The notes beneath the pieces are model-generated. The model did not search any database and was not told where the DNA came from. It saw only the letters and a list, made by a program, of their open reading frames with translations. From contig OY760937.1 of the NCBI GenBank assembly GCA_963664225.1, positions 576,001 to 640,000 of the forward strand: a stretch of DNA of 64,000 nt, in the 5' to 3' direction. How positions within the stretch are numbered: the stretch's first letter is position 1; each line of letters starts with the position of its first letter. The DNA is from Verrucomicrobiia bacterium (GTDB lineage Bacteria; Verrucomicrobiota; Verrucomicrobiia; Limisphaerales; UBA1319). The translations under genes and the position numbers were made by a program. Positions 41,192 through 50,991 of this stretch are shown piece after piece.

Positions 41192-42532
41192 ATGAAACAT
41201 TTCGAATTTGTTAATGAAATTGGAAGAGGTGGATTTGGCGTGGTTGAAAAAGTCCAAGATGATGCCGGTAGCTTGTATGCTCGAAAGTCATTTGAACCCG
41301 CTTCGTTTATCCCGATATCTGCACACGATGGACTACGCGATCGATTCAAGCGAGAAGTAAAAATACAGGCAGCGATTGGAGGTCGTGAAATTATGCCCGT
41401 GTTACATTCTCATTTGGAGCATGCAAAACCATGGTTCATTATGCCTCTCGCGGACAAAACCTATGATCAACAGATTGTGGAAGAGCGGGCATCCGGCAGC
41501 GTTGATATTGACGCGATTGCCGACATATTGAACGCATTAGAGTACCTCCACGATTTGGGTTACGTCCATCGTGATTTGAATCCTAAGAACATTCTCCTAC
41601 ATGATGCTCACTGGAAATTGTCTGATTTCGGAGCTGTGCTGCCACCATCTGGTCAAACCGTGACATTGACCGAAGGCACTGTAATATACACAGAGCAATA
41701 TTGTGCTCCTGAGCAAAGAAACTCATTTCACAAAGCAAAAGCATCTGCGGACGTTTATTCCTTTGGCTGCATCCTACACGATATATTTGGGAAGGGACCG
41801 AGAATTCCATATTCTAAACAAAGTGCAATCGGGCGTGTTGGATTGCTTATAGAAAAATGTACTGAAATTAAACCCGACCGTCGACCGAGCATCAAGGTCC
41901 TTCGTGGAATGCTTCTCGAAACGCTCGTTGAAATAGGCGGCCATTGCAAAGTAGTCGACGAGAAGTCAGAGCATTGGCTGCAAAAATTGAGTTTAATTGA
42001 CGAATGGAGAGACGAAGAATTTGATGACTTTGCGAGATTCTTTGGCCAACTCGATATCGAAGAGCGATTAGATGGACACGAAAATGAGTATATTTGTTCT
42101 TTATCGACACCATTTCTAACGCGATTACGGCCTGAGATGTTAGTAAAAATTATGCAACGCGATGATGGTGTTTCAAATGCAGTTATGGAGAAATACTGTG
42201 AATGGTCCCGCAAAGATGAATGCGCATTTCATTTTGCTGACACGGTATGCGGTTGCTTAACTGCAATTTTCGATGCAGGGGATGCAGAAACTAAAGCTCT
42301 TGCCCTTACTGCACTTATCTCACTGGGAAATTCACATAATCGTTGGTATGTGATGCGGAATATGCTTCGACGATGTTCCGCTGAAAATATCAGTGCTGAG
42401 CTCGCTAGACGTTTTTCGATTGAAATTAAAACGGAAGAATTACAGTCGGAATTTAGACGTTGTGTTATTGAAATAAATTGGGATGCTCAGCTGCTTCATC
42501 CTGAGTTAGCTAAACTCTGCACCTATGCCTGA
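41192..42532 (+). CDS. Soluble Hanks-type Ser/Thr protein kinase with unknown C-terminal helical domain (AT-rich)
   Basis: GRGGFGVV; ARK; HRDLNPKN; DFG; YCAPE; DVYSFG; no TM. Alternative start at 41144. Confidence 0.9.
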   Translation: MKHFEFVNEIGRGGFGVVEKVQDDAGSLYARKSFEPASFIPISAHDGLRDRFKREVKIQAAIGGREIMPVLHSHLEHAKPWFIMPLADKTYDQQIVEERASGSVDIDAIADILNALEYLHDLGYVHRDLNPKNILLHDAHWKLSDFGAVLPPSGQTVTLTEGTVIYTEQYCAPEQRNSFHKAKASADVYSFGCILHDIFGKGPRIPYSKQSAIGRVGLLIEKCTEIKPDRRPSIKVLRGMLLETLVEIGGHCKVVDEKSEHWLQKLSLIDEWRDEEFDDFARFFGQLDIEERLDGHENEYICSLSTPFLTRLRPEMLVKIMQRDDGVSNAVMEKYCEWSRKDECAFHFADTVCGCLTAIFDAGDAETKALALTALISLGNSHNRWYVMRNMLRRCSAENISAELARRFSIEIKTEELQSEFRRCVIEINWDAQLLHPELAKLCTYA

Positions 42533-42650
42533 TGGAACGAAAAGACAACATGGGGTGGTCGGGTGCGGGAAGATCCACTACACCTGATCACTGGGCTTGC
42601 TTCGATAAATCGGACACAGACGACGCATATAGGTTGATTGGATCTATTTT

Positions 42651-42970
42651 GGGTGCATGACAGAATTCTTCGGCAAGCGAAAAAGACCTTTAAAAGGGCA
42701 TGTGAGTATATACGAAACAAATATAGCAAGAGTTTCGGGAATGGCCGGGTGCCGATTGAGGGTCCGGCAAAAATCAGATCTGAAAGGACGACCGCCCTCA
42801 TCCCTTCCTTCTCCCCCAGGAGAAGGAGAAGTATTGCGAGCCCTGGGTTTATTGCACGGTTTGGAGGATACCACCGCGCCGGATTATATGCCCCACACCG
42901 CCGACTGGCGTTCTGGCTGGGTTCGTACGGTTTAGGCTTTTACCAGCTTCCTGAATTTTGTCCTGCACCC
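42651..42970. mobile_element. MITE-like element (320 bp) with 18-bp TIRs and a 9-bp target duplication
   Basis: gggtgcatgacagaattc ... gaattttgtcctgcaccc (16/18); flanks atctatttt / atctaattt (8/9); internal REP hairpin. Confidence 0.75.
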
Positions 42971-42972
42971 AT

Positions 42973-43137
42973 CTAATTTAAAGCAGGAGACATGTAATCG
43001 AGTTTGCTGTGTAAATGCTGTCGATTATAGAAGGTCTCGATGTAATCAAAGATTGCCTGTCGGGCCTGGGCTCGGGTCGCATAGGCCCGGCGATAAACCA
43101 GTTCGTGTTTGACCGTGCTCCAAAAGGATTCCACGGC
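42973..43137 (-). pseudogene. IS3 transposase OrfB C-terminal fragment
   Basis: About 54 codons of integrase core C-terminus; upstream portion replaced by the repeat array. Confidence 0.85.
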
Positions 43138-43149
43138 GCGCCGTTGGCG

Positions 43150-46100
43150 CTGGGAATGTAAAACCGGAACGAATGTTTTGCGACCCCTGCCGGGGTCGGG
43201 GTCGATTGCATGGGGTTTCCGGGGGTGTCGGTCGCAGACGACCTCAACCGCCCGGCTAATCGCTAGCATCCCTCCGGGATGGTGTTGGTAAACATGGTGC
43301 TCTTGGAATGGGCGCGATTGAGAGCATGGATGGGCAGGTTTGGGAAAGGGGATTTGATTCAACGCCTACAGCGTTGGGGTTTCCAGGGGCGATTACCCTG
43401 GGTAGGCCTCGGCGGCCAATCCGGGGCTGAGTGATTGCAACCCGTTCCGGGTTGCCGGTGAGGAGGTTCTGGCAGGAGAGGCCGTGGATAGGGATAATGG
43501 ATAATTGACAATTGAAGGAAGGGAAGTTGCGCAGGTCGCGGGATGGGATGGAGCGGGCTTCAGCCCTTGTTGTGGTTGTGGCAGATTACCTGGGCCGGTG
43601 GCCCAGGCTGGTATGAGGTCGCGCCGTTGGCGCTGGGGCTGGGTGTGATTGAGGTTGGGACGGTGTTGTTCACGGGGGGGGTGATTGTGCAGCAGTTGAG
43701 GAAAAACGCGGAGGGCGAAGGGCGGATGATGGCTCGGCAGGAGCCTCGCCCTACCGGGGGTGACTGGGATTTGTAAATCCGGAATGAATTTTCTGCGACC
43801 CCAGCCGGGGTCGGGTTCGATTGCGTGGGGGTTCCGGGGGTGTCGGTCGCGGACGACCTCAACCACCCGGCTAATCGCTTGCATCCCTCCGGGATGGCGA
43901 TGAGAAACATGGCGCTCTTGGAATGGGCGCGATTGAGAGCATGGATGGGCAGGTTTGGGAAAGGGGATTTGATTCAACGCCTACAGCGTTGGGGTTTCCA
44001 GGGGCGATTACCCCGGGTAGGCCTCGGCGGCCAACCCGGGGCTGAGTGATTGCAACCCGTTCCGGGTTGCCGGTCGGGATGTTATGGTAGGAGAGGCCGT
44101 GGATAGGGATAATGGATAATTGACAATTGAGGGAAGGGAAGTTTCGCAGGTCGCGGGATGGGATGGAGCGGGCTTTCAGCCCTTGTCGCGATTGTGGCGG
44201 ATTACCTGGGCCGGTGGCCCAGGCTGGTATGGGGTCGCGCCGTTGGCGCTGGGGCTGGGTGTGATTGAGGTTGGGACGGTGATGTTCACGGGGGGGGTGA
44301 TTGTGCAGCAGTTGAGGAAAAACGCGGAGGGCGAAGGGCGGATGATGGCTCGGCAGGAGCCTCGCCCTACCGGGGGTGACTGGGATTTGTAAATCCGGAA
44401 TGAATTTTCTGCGACCCCTGCCGGGGTCGGGGCCGATTGCGTGGGGTTTCCGGGGGTGTCGGTCGCGGACGACCTCAACCGCCCGGCTAATCGCTTGCAT
44501 CCCTCCGGGATGGCGTTGGTAAACATGGTGCTCTTGGAATGGGCGCGATTGATCATGGATGGGCAGGATGGGGAAAGGGGATTTGATTCAACGCCTACAG
44601 CGTTGGGGTTTCCAGGGGCGATTACCCCGGGTAGGCCTCGGCGGCCAACCCGGGGCTGAGTGATTGCAACCCGTTCCGGGTTGCCGGTCGGGATGTTATG
44701 GTAGGAGAAGCCGTGGATAGGGATAATGGATAATTGACAATTGAGGGAAGGGAAGTTTCGCATGTCGCGGGATGGGATGGAGCGGGCTTTAAGCCCTTGT
44801 CGCGATTGTGGCGGATTACCTGGGCCGGGGCCCAGGCTGGTATGGGGTCGCGCCGTTGGCGCTGGGGCTGGGTGTGATTGAGGTTGGGACGGTGTTGTTC
44901 ACGGGGGGGTGATTGTGCAGCAGTTGAGGAAAAACGCGGAGGGCGAAGGGCGGATGATGGCTCGGCAGGAGCCTCGCCCTACCGGGGGTGACTGGGATTT
45001 GTAAATCCGGAATGAATTTTCTGCGACCCCTGCCGGGGTCGGGGTCGATTGCGTGGGGTTTTCGGGGGTGTCGGTCGCGGACGACCTCAACCGCCCGGCT
45101 AATCGCTTGCATACCTTCGGGATGGCGTTGGTAAACATGGTGCTCTTGGAATGGGCGCGATTGAGAGCATGGATGGGCAGGTTTGGGAAAGGGGATTTGA
45201 TTCAACGCCTACAGCGTTGGGGTTTCCAGGGGCGATTACCCCGGGTAGGCCTCGGCGGCCAACCCGGGGCTGAGTGATTGCAACCCGTTCCGGGTTGCCG
45301 GTCGGGATGTTATGGTAGGAGAGGCCGTGGATAGGGATAATGGATAATTGACAATTGAGGGAAGGGAAGTTTCGCATGTCGCGGGATGGGATGGAGCGGG
45401 CTTTCAGCCCTTGTCGCGATTGTGGCGGATTACCTGGGCCGGTGGCCCAGGCTGGTATGGGGTCGCGCCGTTGGCGCTGGGGCTGGGTGTGATTGAGGTT
45501 GGGACGGTGTTGTTCACGGGGGGGGGTGATTGTGCAGCAGTTGAGGAAAAACGCGGAGGGCGAAGGGCGGATGATGGCTCGGCAGGAGCCTCGCCCTACC
45601 GGGGGTGACTGGGATTTGTAAATCCGGAATGAATTTTCTACGACCCCTGCCGGGGTCGGGGTCGATTGCATGGAGTTTCCGGGGGTATCGGTCGCGGACG
45701 ACCTCAACCGCCCGGCTAATCGCTTGCATCCCTCCGGGATGGCTTTGGTAAACATGGTGCTCTTGGAATGGGTGCGATTGATCATGGATGGGCAGGATGG
45801 GGAAAGGTGATTTGATTCAACGCCTACAGCGTTGGGGTTTCCAGGGGCGATTACCCCGGGTAGGCCTCGGCGGCCAACCCGGGGCTGAGTGATTGCAACC
45901 CGTTCCGGGTTGCCGGTCGGGATGTTATGGTAGGAGAAGCCGTGGATAGGGATAATGGATAATTGACAATTGAGGGAAGTGAAGTTTCGCAGGTCGCGGG
46001 ATGGGATGGAGCGGGCTTCAGCCCTTGTTGTGGTTGTGGCAGATTACCTGGGCCGGTGGCCCAGGCTGGTATGGGGTCGCGCCGTTGGCGCTGGGGCTGG

Positions 46101-46984
46101 GTGTGATTGAGGTTGGGACGGTGTTGTTCACGGGGGGGGTGATTGTGCAGCAGTTGAGGAAAAACGCGGAGGGCGAAGGGCGGATGATGGCTCGGCAGGA
46201 GCCTCGCCCTACCGGGGGTGACTGGGATTTGTAAATCCGGAATGAATTTTCTGCGACCCCTGCCGGGGTCGGGGCCGATTGCGTGGGGTTTCCGGGGGTG
46301 TCGGTCGCGGACGACCTCAACCGCCCGGCTAATCGCTTGCATCCCTCCGGGATGGCGATGAGAAACATGGCGCTCTTGGAATGGGCGCGATTGAGAGCAT
46401 GGATGGGCAGGTTTGGGAAAGGGGATTTGATTCAACGCCTACAGCGTTGGGGTTTCCAGGGGCGATTACCCCGGGTAGGCCTCGGCGGCCAACCCGGGGC
46501 TGAGTGATTGCAACCCGTTCCGGGTTGCCGGTCGGGATGTTATGGTAGGAGAGGCCGTGGATAGGGATAATGGATAATTGACAATTGAGGGAAGGGAAGT
46601 TTCGCAGGTCGCGGGATGGGATGGAGCGGGCTTCAGCCCTTGTCGCGATTGTGGCAGATTACCTGGGCCGGTGGCCCAGGCCGGTATGGGGTCGCGCCGT
46701 TGGCGCTGGGGCTGGGTGTGATTGAGGTTGGGACGGTGTTGTTCACGGGGGGGGTGATTGTGCAGCAGTTGAGGAAAAACGCGGAGGGCGAAGGGCGGAT
46801 GATGGCTCGGCAGGAGCCTCGCCCTACCGGGGGCGACTGGGATTTGTAAATCCGGAATGAATTTTCTGCGACCCCTGCCGGGGTCGGGGTCGATTGCGTG
46901 GGGTTTCCGGGGGTGTCGGTCGCGGACGACCTCAACCGCCCGGCTAATCGCTTGCATCCCTCCGGGATGGCGTTGGTAAACATG
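43150..46984. repeat. Non-coding tandem array, about 6.2 copies of a 612-617 bp hairpin-rich mosaic unit
   Basis: Unit starts at 43150, 43764, 44380, 44992, 45609, 46222 and 46837; near-identical copies with small indels that break reading frames. Confidence 0.97.
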
Positions 46985-47157
46985 CCTCCCCGATGGGGCA
47001 TGGAGGAAATGGATAATGGGGATTCGAATTTGCTCGATTTTGAGGAGGTGGATTTTTGGTGGCAGGGTGAACAATATGAAAGGCTCTGGCTTGATTGCGG
47101 CGGGGATTTATGAGAGGGATTGGGAAGGGCTGGGTTTGCGGTAAAATTGTTGAGGGA

Positions 47158-47592
47158 ATGATGAATCGATTTTTTTGGCAGCGTTGGTTGGTGACGACTT
47201 TGTCGGTGCTGGTGGCCAGTCATGTGGTGCCGGGGATTCGCTATGAATCGCTGGGGGGGCTCGTTCTGGCGGCACTGGCGCTGGGGGTGCTCAATGCGCT
47301 GGTGCGGCCTGTGATTGTTTTTTTTACGCTGCCGCTGGTGCTGTTCAGCCTGGGGTTTTTCCTGCTGGTGATTAATGCGGGGGTGCTTTACATGGTGGGC
47401 CAGATTGTTCCGGGGTTTCACGTGGTGGGATTCTGGCCGGCGTTCTGGGGAAGCCTGGTGATCAGTGTGGTGGGATTTTTTGCGAACCGGGTGATTGGAC
47501 CGCCGCAATTACCCAGGCAGGGATCAAATCCGGGAAGCGGACGGGCGAACGGGCCCGGCGGCAGTGGCAGTGGGCCGGTTATCGATGTTTAA
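47158..47592 (+). CDS. YvlD-like four-TM membrane protein (phage holin family 4)
   Basis: LGVLNALVRPV...TLPL...LGFFLLVINA...VPGFHV.GFWPAFWGSL. Confidence 0.85.
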   Translation: MMNRFFWQRWLVTTLSVLVASHVVPGIRYESLGGLVLAALALGVLNALVRPVIVFFTLPLVLFSLGFFLLVINAGVLYMVGQIVPGFHVVGFWPAFWGSLVISVVGFFANRVIGPPQLPRQGSNPGSGRANGPGGSGSGPVIDV

Positions 47593-47756
47593 CCCGAAAT
47601 CCGAAATAGGAACGGCCCGTCTGACGCAATCATTTGGCCATCCATGGTTTGAAATCGGCTGTGGAGTATTGATTTAATACACCCTCGCCGATTGCAAATC
47701 ATGGCTGCCTCAAAGCATTGCATCATCTTGACCCTTCGTATTTCGGATTTCGGGTT
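47591..47756. repeat. Perfect 18-bp inverted repeat pair spanning the ends of convergent genes
   Basis: aacccgaaatccgaaata (47591-47608) / tatttcggatttcgggtt (47739-47756). Confidence 0.75.
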
Positions 47757-48261
47757 TAACGCCTTCGAGGGCCAGGAGGCGTTTTTTCCAATCCAATCCG
47801 CCGCTGTATCCGCCGAGGGCGCCGTTAGCGGCTAATACACGGTGGCAGGGTATGAGCAGGGGGATGGGATTGGCCCCGCAGGCAGCCCCAACGGCGCGGG
47901 CCGCTTTGGGCTTTTCGAGGGCGGCGGCCATTTTTCCGTAGGAGCTGGCTTCGCCCAATGGGATTTGCTGCATTGCAGTCCAGACACGCTTTTGAAAGGG
48001 GGTTCCCAGGCTCAGGTCCAGCGGGGGGAGTGTCGTTATTTTTTGGCCGGTCACGGCTTTTTGGACTGCGGCGGTTGTCTGCTTGATCCACGAGGCGGGC
48101 ACTGTGCCGGGTTCCAGCGCCGGATTGGCCTGGTGGGAATTATCCCCGGGAAACAGGAGGCGCAGCAGACCGTGGGTGGAAAAAAGGGCGGTAAATTCGC
48201 CCAGCTCTGTGGCGATTGGAACCGCCAAAACGGCTGTTTTCGAAAGCGCGTTCGATTTCAT
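47710..48261 (-). CDS. ogt: Methylated-DNA-protein-cysteine methyltransferase
   Basis: GTPFQKRVW; SYG; ARAVGAACGANP; IPCHRV; GGYSGG. Confidence 0.93.
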   Translation of the reverse strand: MKSNALSKTAVLAVPIATELGEFTALFSTHGLLRLLFPGDNSHQANPALEPGTVPASWIKQTTAAVQKAVTGQKITTLPPLDLSLGTPFQKRVWTAMQQIPLGEASSYGKMAAALEKPKAARAVGAACGANPIPLLIPCHRVLAANGALGGYSGGLDWKKRLLALEGVKPEIRNTKGQDDAML

Positions 48262-48263
48262 GG

Positions 48264-48770
48264 CTAAAACTTTTTCAAAAGTAAGCCAAGAATGAACCAA
48301 AGCAAGAAGAGGAAGATGATGGCCAGGAGTATGACCCGTCGGCGGGCGATGCGTTTTTCGCGGCGGAGGGGTTGCAGGCCTTTGATGTTGCCCGCGGCCA
48401 GGAGGCTGAGCAGTTTGGGATTGGAGGGCGCGGGTGGTTTGATGATGGAGATGCAGCGGTCCCACAGGCCCACGAGATCGAATTTGCGCACGCCGGCTTC
48501 GTTGTAATGCAAGGGGCTGGATTCTTTTTCCTGGCCGTTGTGAATCCGGGTGTGATCCACTTCCTCGAAGATGGGTTCGCGATGGGCCTGGGAGGAGTCC
48601 AGGCGGCCCGCGCCGGGTTGGTGGGGAAGGGCGGTGGAACGGTAGTGGGGCTGGGGCGGTTCAGGGACCTTTTTGAGCTTTTGAATCTGGCTCTCCAGGG
48701 CGGCAATTTCCGCCTCGAGCTTTCGGGCCCGCTGCGATATGGGATCGCCTGGTTTTGAGAAAATCCCCAT
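48264..48770 (-). CDS. Hypothetical protein (N-terminal coiled coil, C-terminal TM)
   Basis: Tightly packed between neighbours; C-terminal hydrophobic helix. Confidence 0.65.
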   Translation of the reverse strand: MGIFSKPGDPISQRARKLEAEIAALESQIQKLKKVPEPPQPHYRSTALPHQPGAGRLDSSQAHREPIFEEVDHTRIHNGQEKESSPLHYNEAGVRKFDLVGLWDRCISIIKPPAPSNPKLLSLLAAGNIKGLQPLRREKRIARRRVILLAIIFLFLLWFILGLLLKKF

Positions 48771-48784
48771 GGCCCCTGGTAGAT

Positions 48785-49459
48785 TCAACGGAACAGCAAC
48801 ACCAGAATGACGATGATCACGGCCAAAGCCACCGGCCAGGTCAGGCCCAGGCCCAGAAGGCAGATGTCCCGGAAACCGCCGCCTTCGATGAGCTTGTGGA
48901 GGTTGAGGGCGGGCGCGGATTGTCTGACGGGGTCGCCGGCATGTTCGCCCTCCAGGAGGGGCCATTTGAGCCGTGCGGCGTTCCATTCCATGCGGGCGTT
49001 TTCGAGGGCGGTCAGCGCGCGGGTAAGCTCGGTGTTGTAATTCTCCGTGTTCCAGGTTTCCTGGTGAATGGCCAGCACCTTGTCGAGCGCCTCGCGAAAA
49101 CCGGCCAGCGTTTTGGCCATTTGTTCGGCATCGCGCCGGGCGGAAATTTCGGCTTCGCCGAGCAGGCCCAGACCCCGGGTGAGGTTCTGGAGGGTTTCTT
49201 CGCGGCCGTTCTGGAATTCAGCCTGGCGGCGACGGGCTTCCTCGAGGGCGGCGCGCTCGCGTTCGAGGGATTCCTGGGCGTGCTTCAGCTCGATGAGGCG
49301 CTGCTGGGTCTCGCTGACCTTGGCTTCCAGTTCCTCGCGGGAGGGTGGGCGGCCGGGCGTTCCTGCGGCGGAGCGAACGGGTGCGTTGGCGCCGGTCGAT
49401 TGCCGCCCCGTCACAAATTCACTGTCCACAAAGTCGCTATGGTCAAATTCTGAAGCCAT
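48785..49459 (-). CDS. Coiled-coil protein with C-terminal TM helix
   Basis: Heptad-rich E/R/L core; C-terminal hydrophobic segment. Confidence 0.75.
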   Translation of the reverse strand: MASEFDHSDFVDSEFVTGRQSTGANAPVRSAAGTPGRPPSREELEAKVSETQQRLIELKHAQESLERERAALEEARRRQAEFQNGREETLQNLTRGLGLLGEAEISARRDAEQMAKTLAGFREALDKVLAIHQETWNTENYNTELTRALTALENARMEWNAARLKWPLLEGEHAGDPVRQSAPALNLHKLIEGGGFRDICLLGLGLTWPVALAVIIVILVLLFR

Positions 49460-49657
49460 GGGTGGGAATTTAGTCTGTAGAATCCAGAGTGTAAAGAAAT
49501 CGATGGCACGCGGCAGGAGGAGGGGAGTGACAGGATTTTTAAGGACGGGGGGAAGGGAGCGACAGGATTAACGGGGTTAACAGGATGGATGGGAAGGGAT
49601 GGTTAGTCAGGATCAAAAGGATGCATGGATGGACTTATTGGATTTTTCAGTATTGCG

Positions 49658-49678
49658 GAAGAATTTTGTCGTGAACCC
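49658..49678. repeat. Solo MITE terminal inverted repeat
   Basis: gaagaattttgtcgtgaaccc, 19/21 to the reverse complement of the family TIR. Confidence 0.55.
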
Positions 49679-49725
49679 GATGGGGCAGGGGTGTTTTTAA
49701 CCGTCTCGACAGGGCGATAACCCCA

Positions 49726-49746
49726 CCGGCTAAAGCCGGGACTCCA
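49726..49746. repeat. REP-like palindrome
   Basis: ccggc-taaa-gccgg-gactcc. Confidence 0.5.
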
Positions 49747-50072
49747 AACCAAGAAGGTGGTTTGGCTATTGAGAGGAATGGGTATTGTTCATATGTAATA
49801 TTCTTATAATAAGTGAGTTATGCAGTGAATGTGTGGAATATGCACTTTTTCCGCAGGTCAGGGTTTAGCGAAAGATCATGGGCATGAATATGGGAGGTTG
49901 TTAAGGTTTTGATTAATATTCAATAAAATATACTTCCATCTTGACCCCATGGCCACGTTCCTCAATTCTGAGCACCGATTTGGAGAAACTGGCAAATGCC
50001 GAACGCGCCCGGCGATGGGCTTTGCGGTGGCTCTTAACACGTCAGAATTAAATTTCAAAAAGGAAACACGTT

Positions 50073-50885
50073 ATGTCCGAAACAGGTGGCAAATCCTCCG
50101 TTTTACCTGAGAAACTCGTCGTCACACTGCGCGCAGGCGGGGTGTTTTTCGCGCTGGCGAATGTGGTGTGTGTGGCGATCATCGCGTGGTCCTATGTGAC
50201 CGTGCGGTTGGAGCCGAAGACGCTGGCCGTGACGGGATCGGCCCGCAAAGCGATCGTTTCCGACCTCGTGACATGGTCGGGAACCCTGACGGCGCATGAC
50301 CCGGAGCTCGTCAAGGCGTATGACGTTTTGAAGGTGAACGCGGAGAAGGTGAAGGCATTCCTGATTGGCAGTGGGATTCCCGAATCCGACATCACTTTTT
50401 CAGCCATCACCACGGGCCGCCGTTACAAACAGGAGATCCTGCCGTCGCCCGCCGCAGTGGCCGGCGCGCCGGTGCCGCCGCCCACGGTCATTACGACTGA
50501 AAAAGTGGAGATGTACACGCTGACGCAGTCCATCTCCGTCAGTTCGAGCGACATGACCAAGGTGCCGGCCGTTTCCCGCTCGATCACCAGCCTGATCAAG
50601 GAGGGGGTGGAAATCGATTCCGAGGCTCCGCGCTATCTTTATACGAAGCTTTCCGAACTCAAAATCAACATGCTGGCCGAGGCCACCAAGGACGCCACGC
50701 TGCGCGCCGAGCAAATTGTCAATAATGCCAACGGCCATCTGGGCAAGTTGGTTGAGGCCCGCATGGGCGTGATGCAAATCAACCCGAAAGGCGTTACCGC
50801 CACCTCGGGGGAAGGCATCAGCGATACAAGTTCCTACGAAAAGGAGATCACCTCGATTGTGAGCGTTAAGTTTGAAGTGCGGTGA
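50073..50885 (+). CDS. SIMPL/DUF541 domain protein
   Basis: N-terminal TM; VTGSA; ATKDATLRAEQI; ARMGVMQI. Confidence 0.85.
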   Translation: MSETGGKSSVLPEKLVVTLRAGGVFFALANVVCVAIIAWSYVTVRLEPKTLAVTGSARKAIVSDLVTWSGTLTAHDPELVKAYDVLKVNAEKVKAFLIGSGIPESDITFSAITTGRRYKQEILPSPAAVAGAPVPPPTVITTEKVEMYTLTQSISVSSSDMTKVPAVSRSITSLIKEGVEIDSEAPRYLYTKLSELKINMLAEATKDATLRAEQIVNNANGHLGKLVEARMGVMQINPKGVTATSGEGISDTSSYEKEITSIVSVKFEVR

Positions 50886-50991
50886 AAAGTGGCAAAAAGG
50901 TGGTGCAACACGCGGCGCTGCGTGGGAAAGGTTATTAACGCGAATCGATTCTTAAGGAATTGTGCTCCCAAAAAAGCTGAAACAAATAACT

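Larger units (their letters stand above)
42592..43137 (-). mobile_element. IS3-family remnant (3' end of OrfB plus right inverted repeat), interrupted by a MITE
   Basis: [49 protein letters not shown] is the IS3 integrase C-terminus; IS3-like end TGGGCTTGCTTCGATAAATCGGACAC at 42592-42617. Confidence 0.85.

Noticed and set aside
43150..46984. Array as a CRISPR or other spacer-containing guide array
   Set aside because: Whole ~615 bp units repeat with no unique spacers, and no cas or effector gene is adjacent.
43109..47113. Many repeated ORFs inside the array
   Set aside because: Frames are broken differently in each copy by 1-2 bp indels, and the products are Pro/Arg/Gly-rich translations of hairpin DNA.
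47158..47592. Holin-family gene as evidence of a prophage
   Set aside because: YvlD-like proteins are commonly chromosomal; no integrase, terminase, capsid or endolysin gene is nearby.
49795..49822. AT-rich imperfect palindrome as a Xer/dif-like site
   Set aside because: Weak match to dif arms and no recombinase nearby; cannot be supported by eye.
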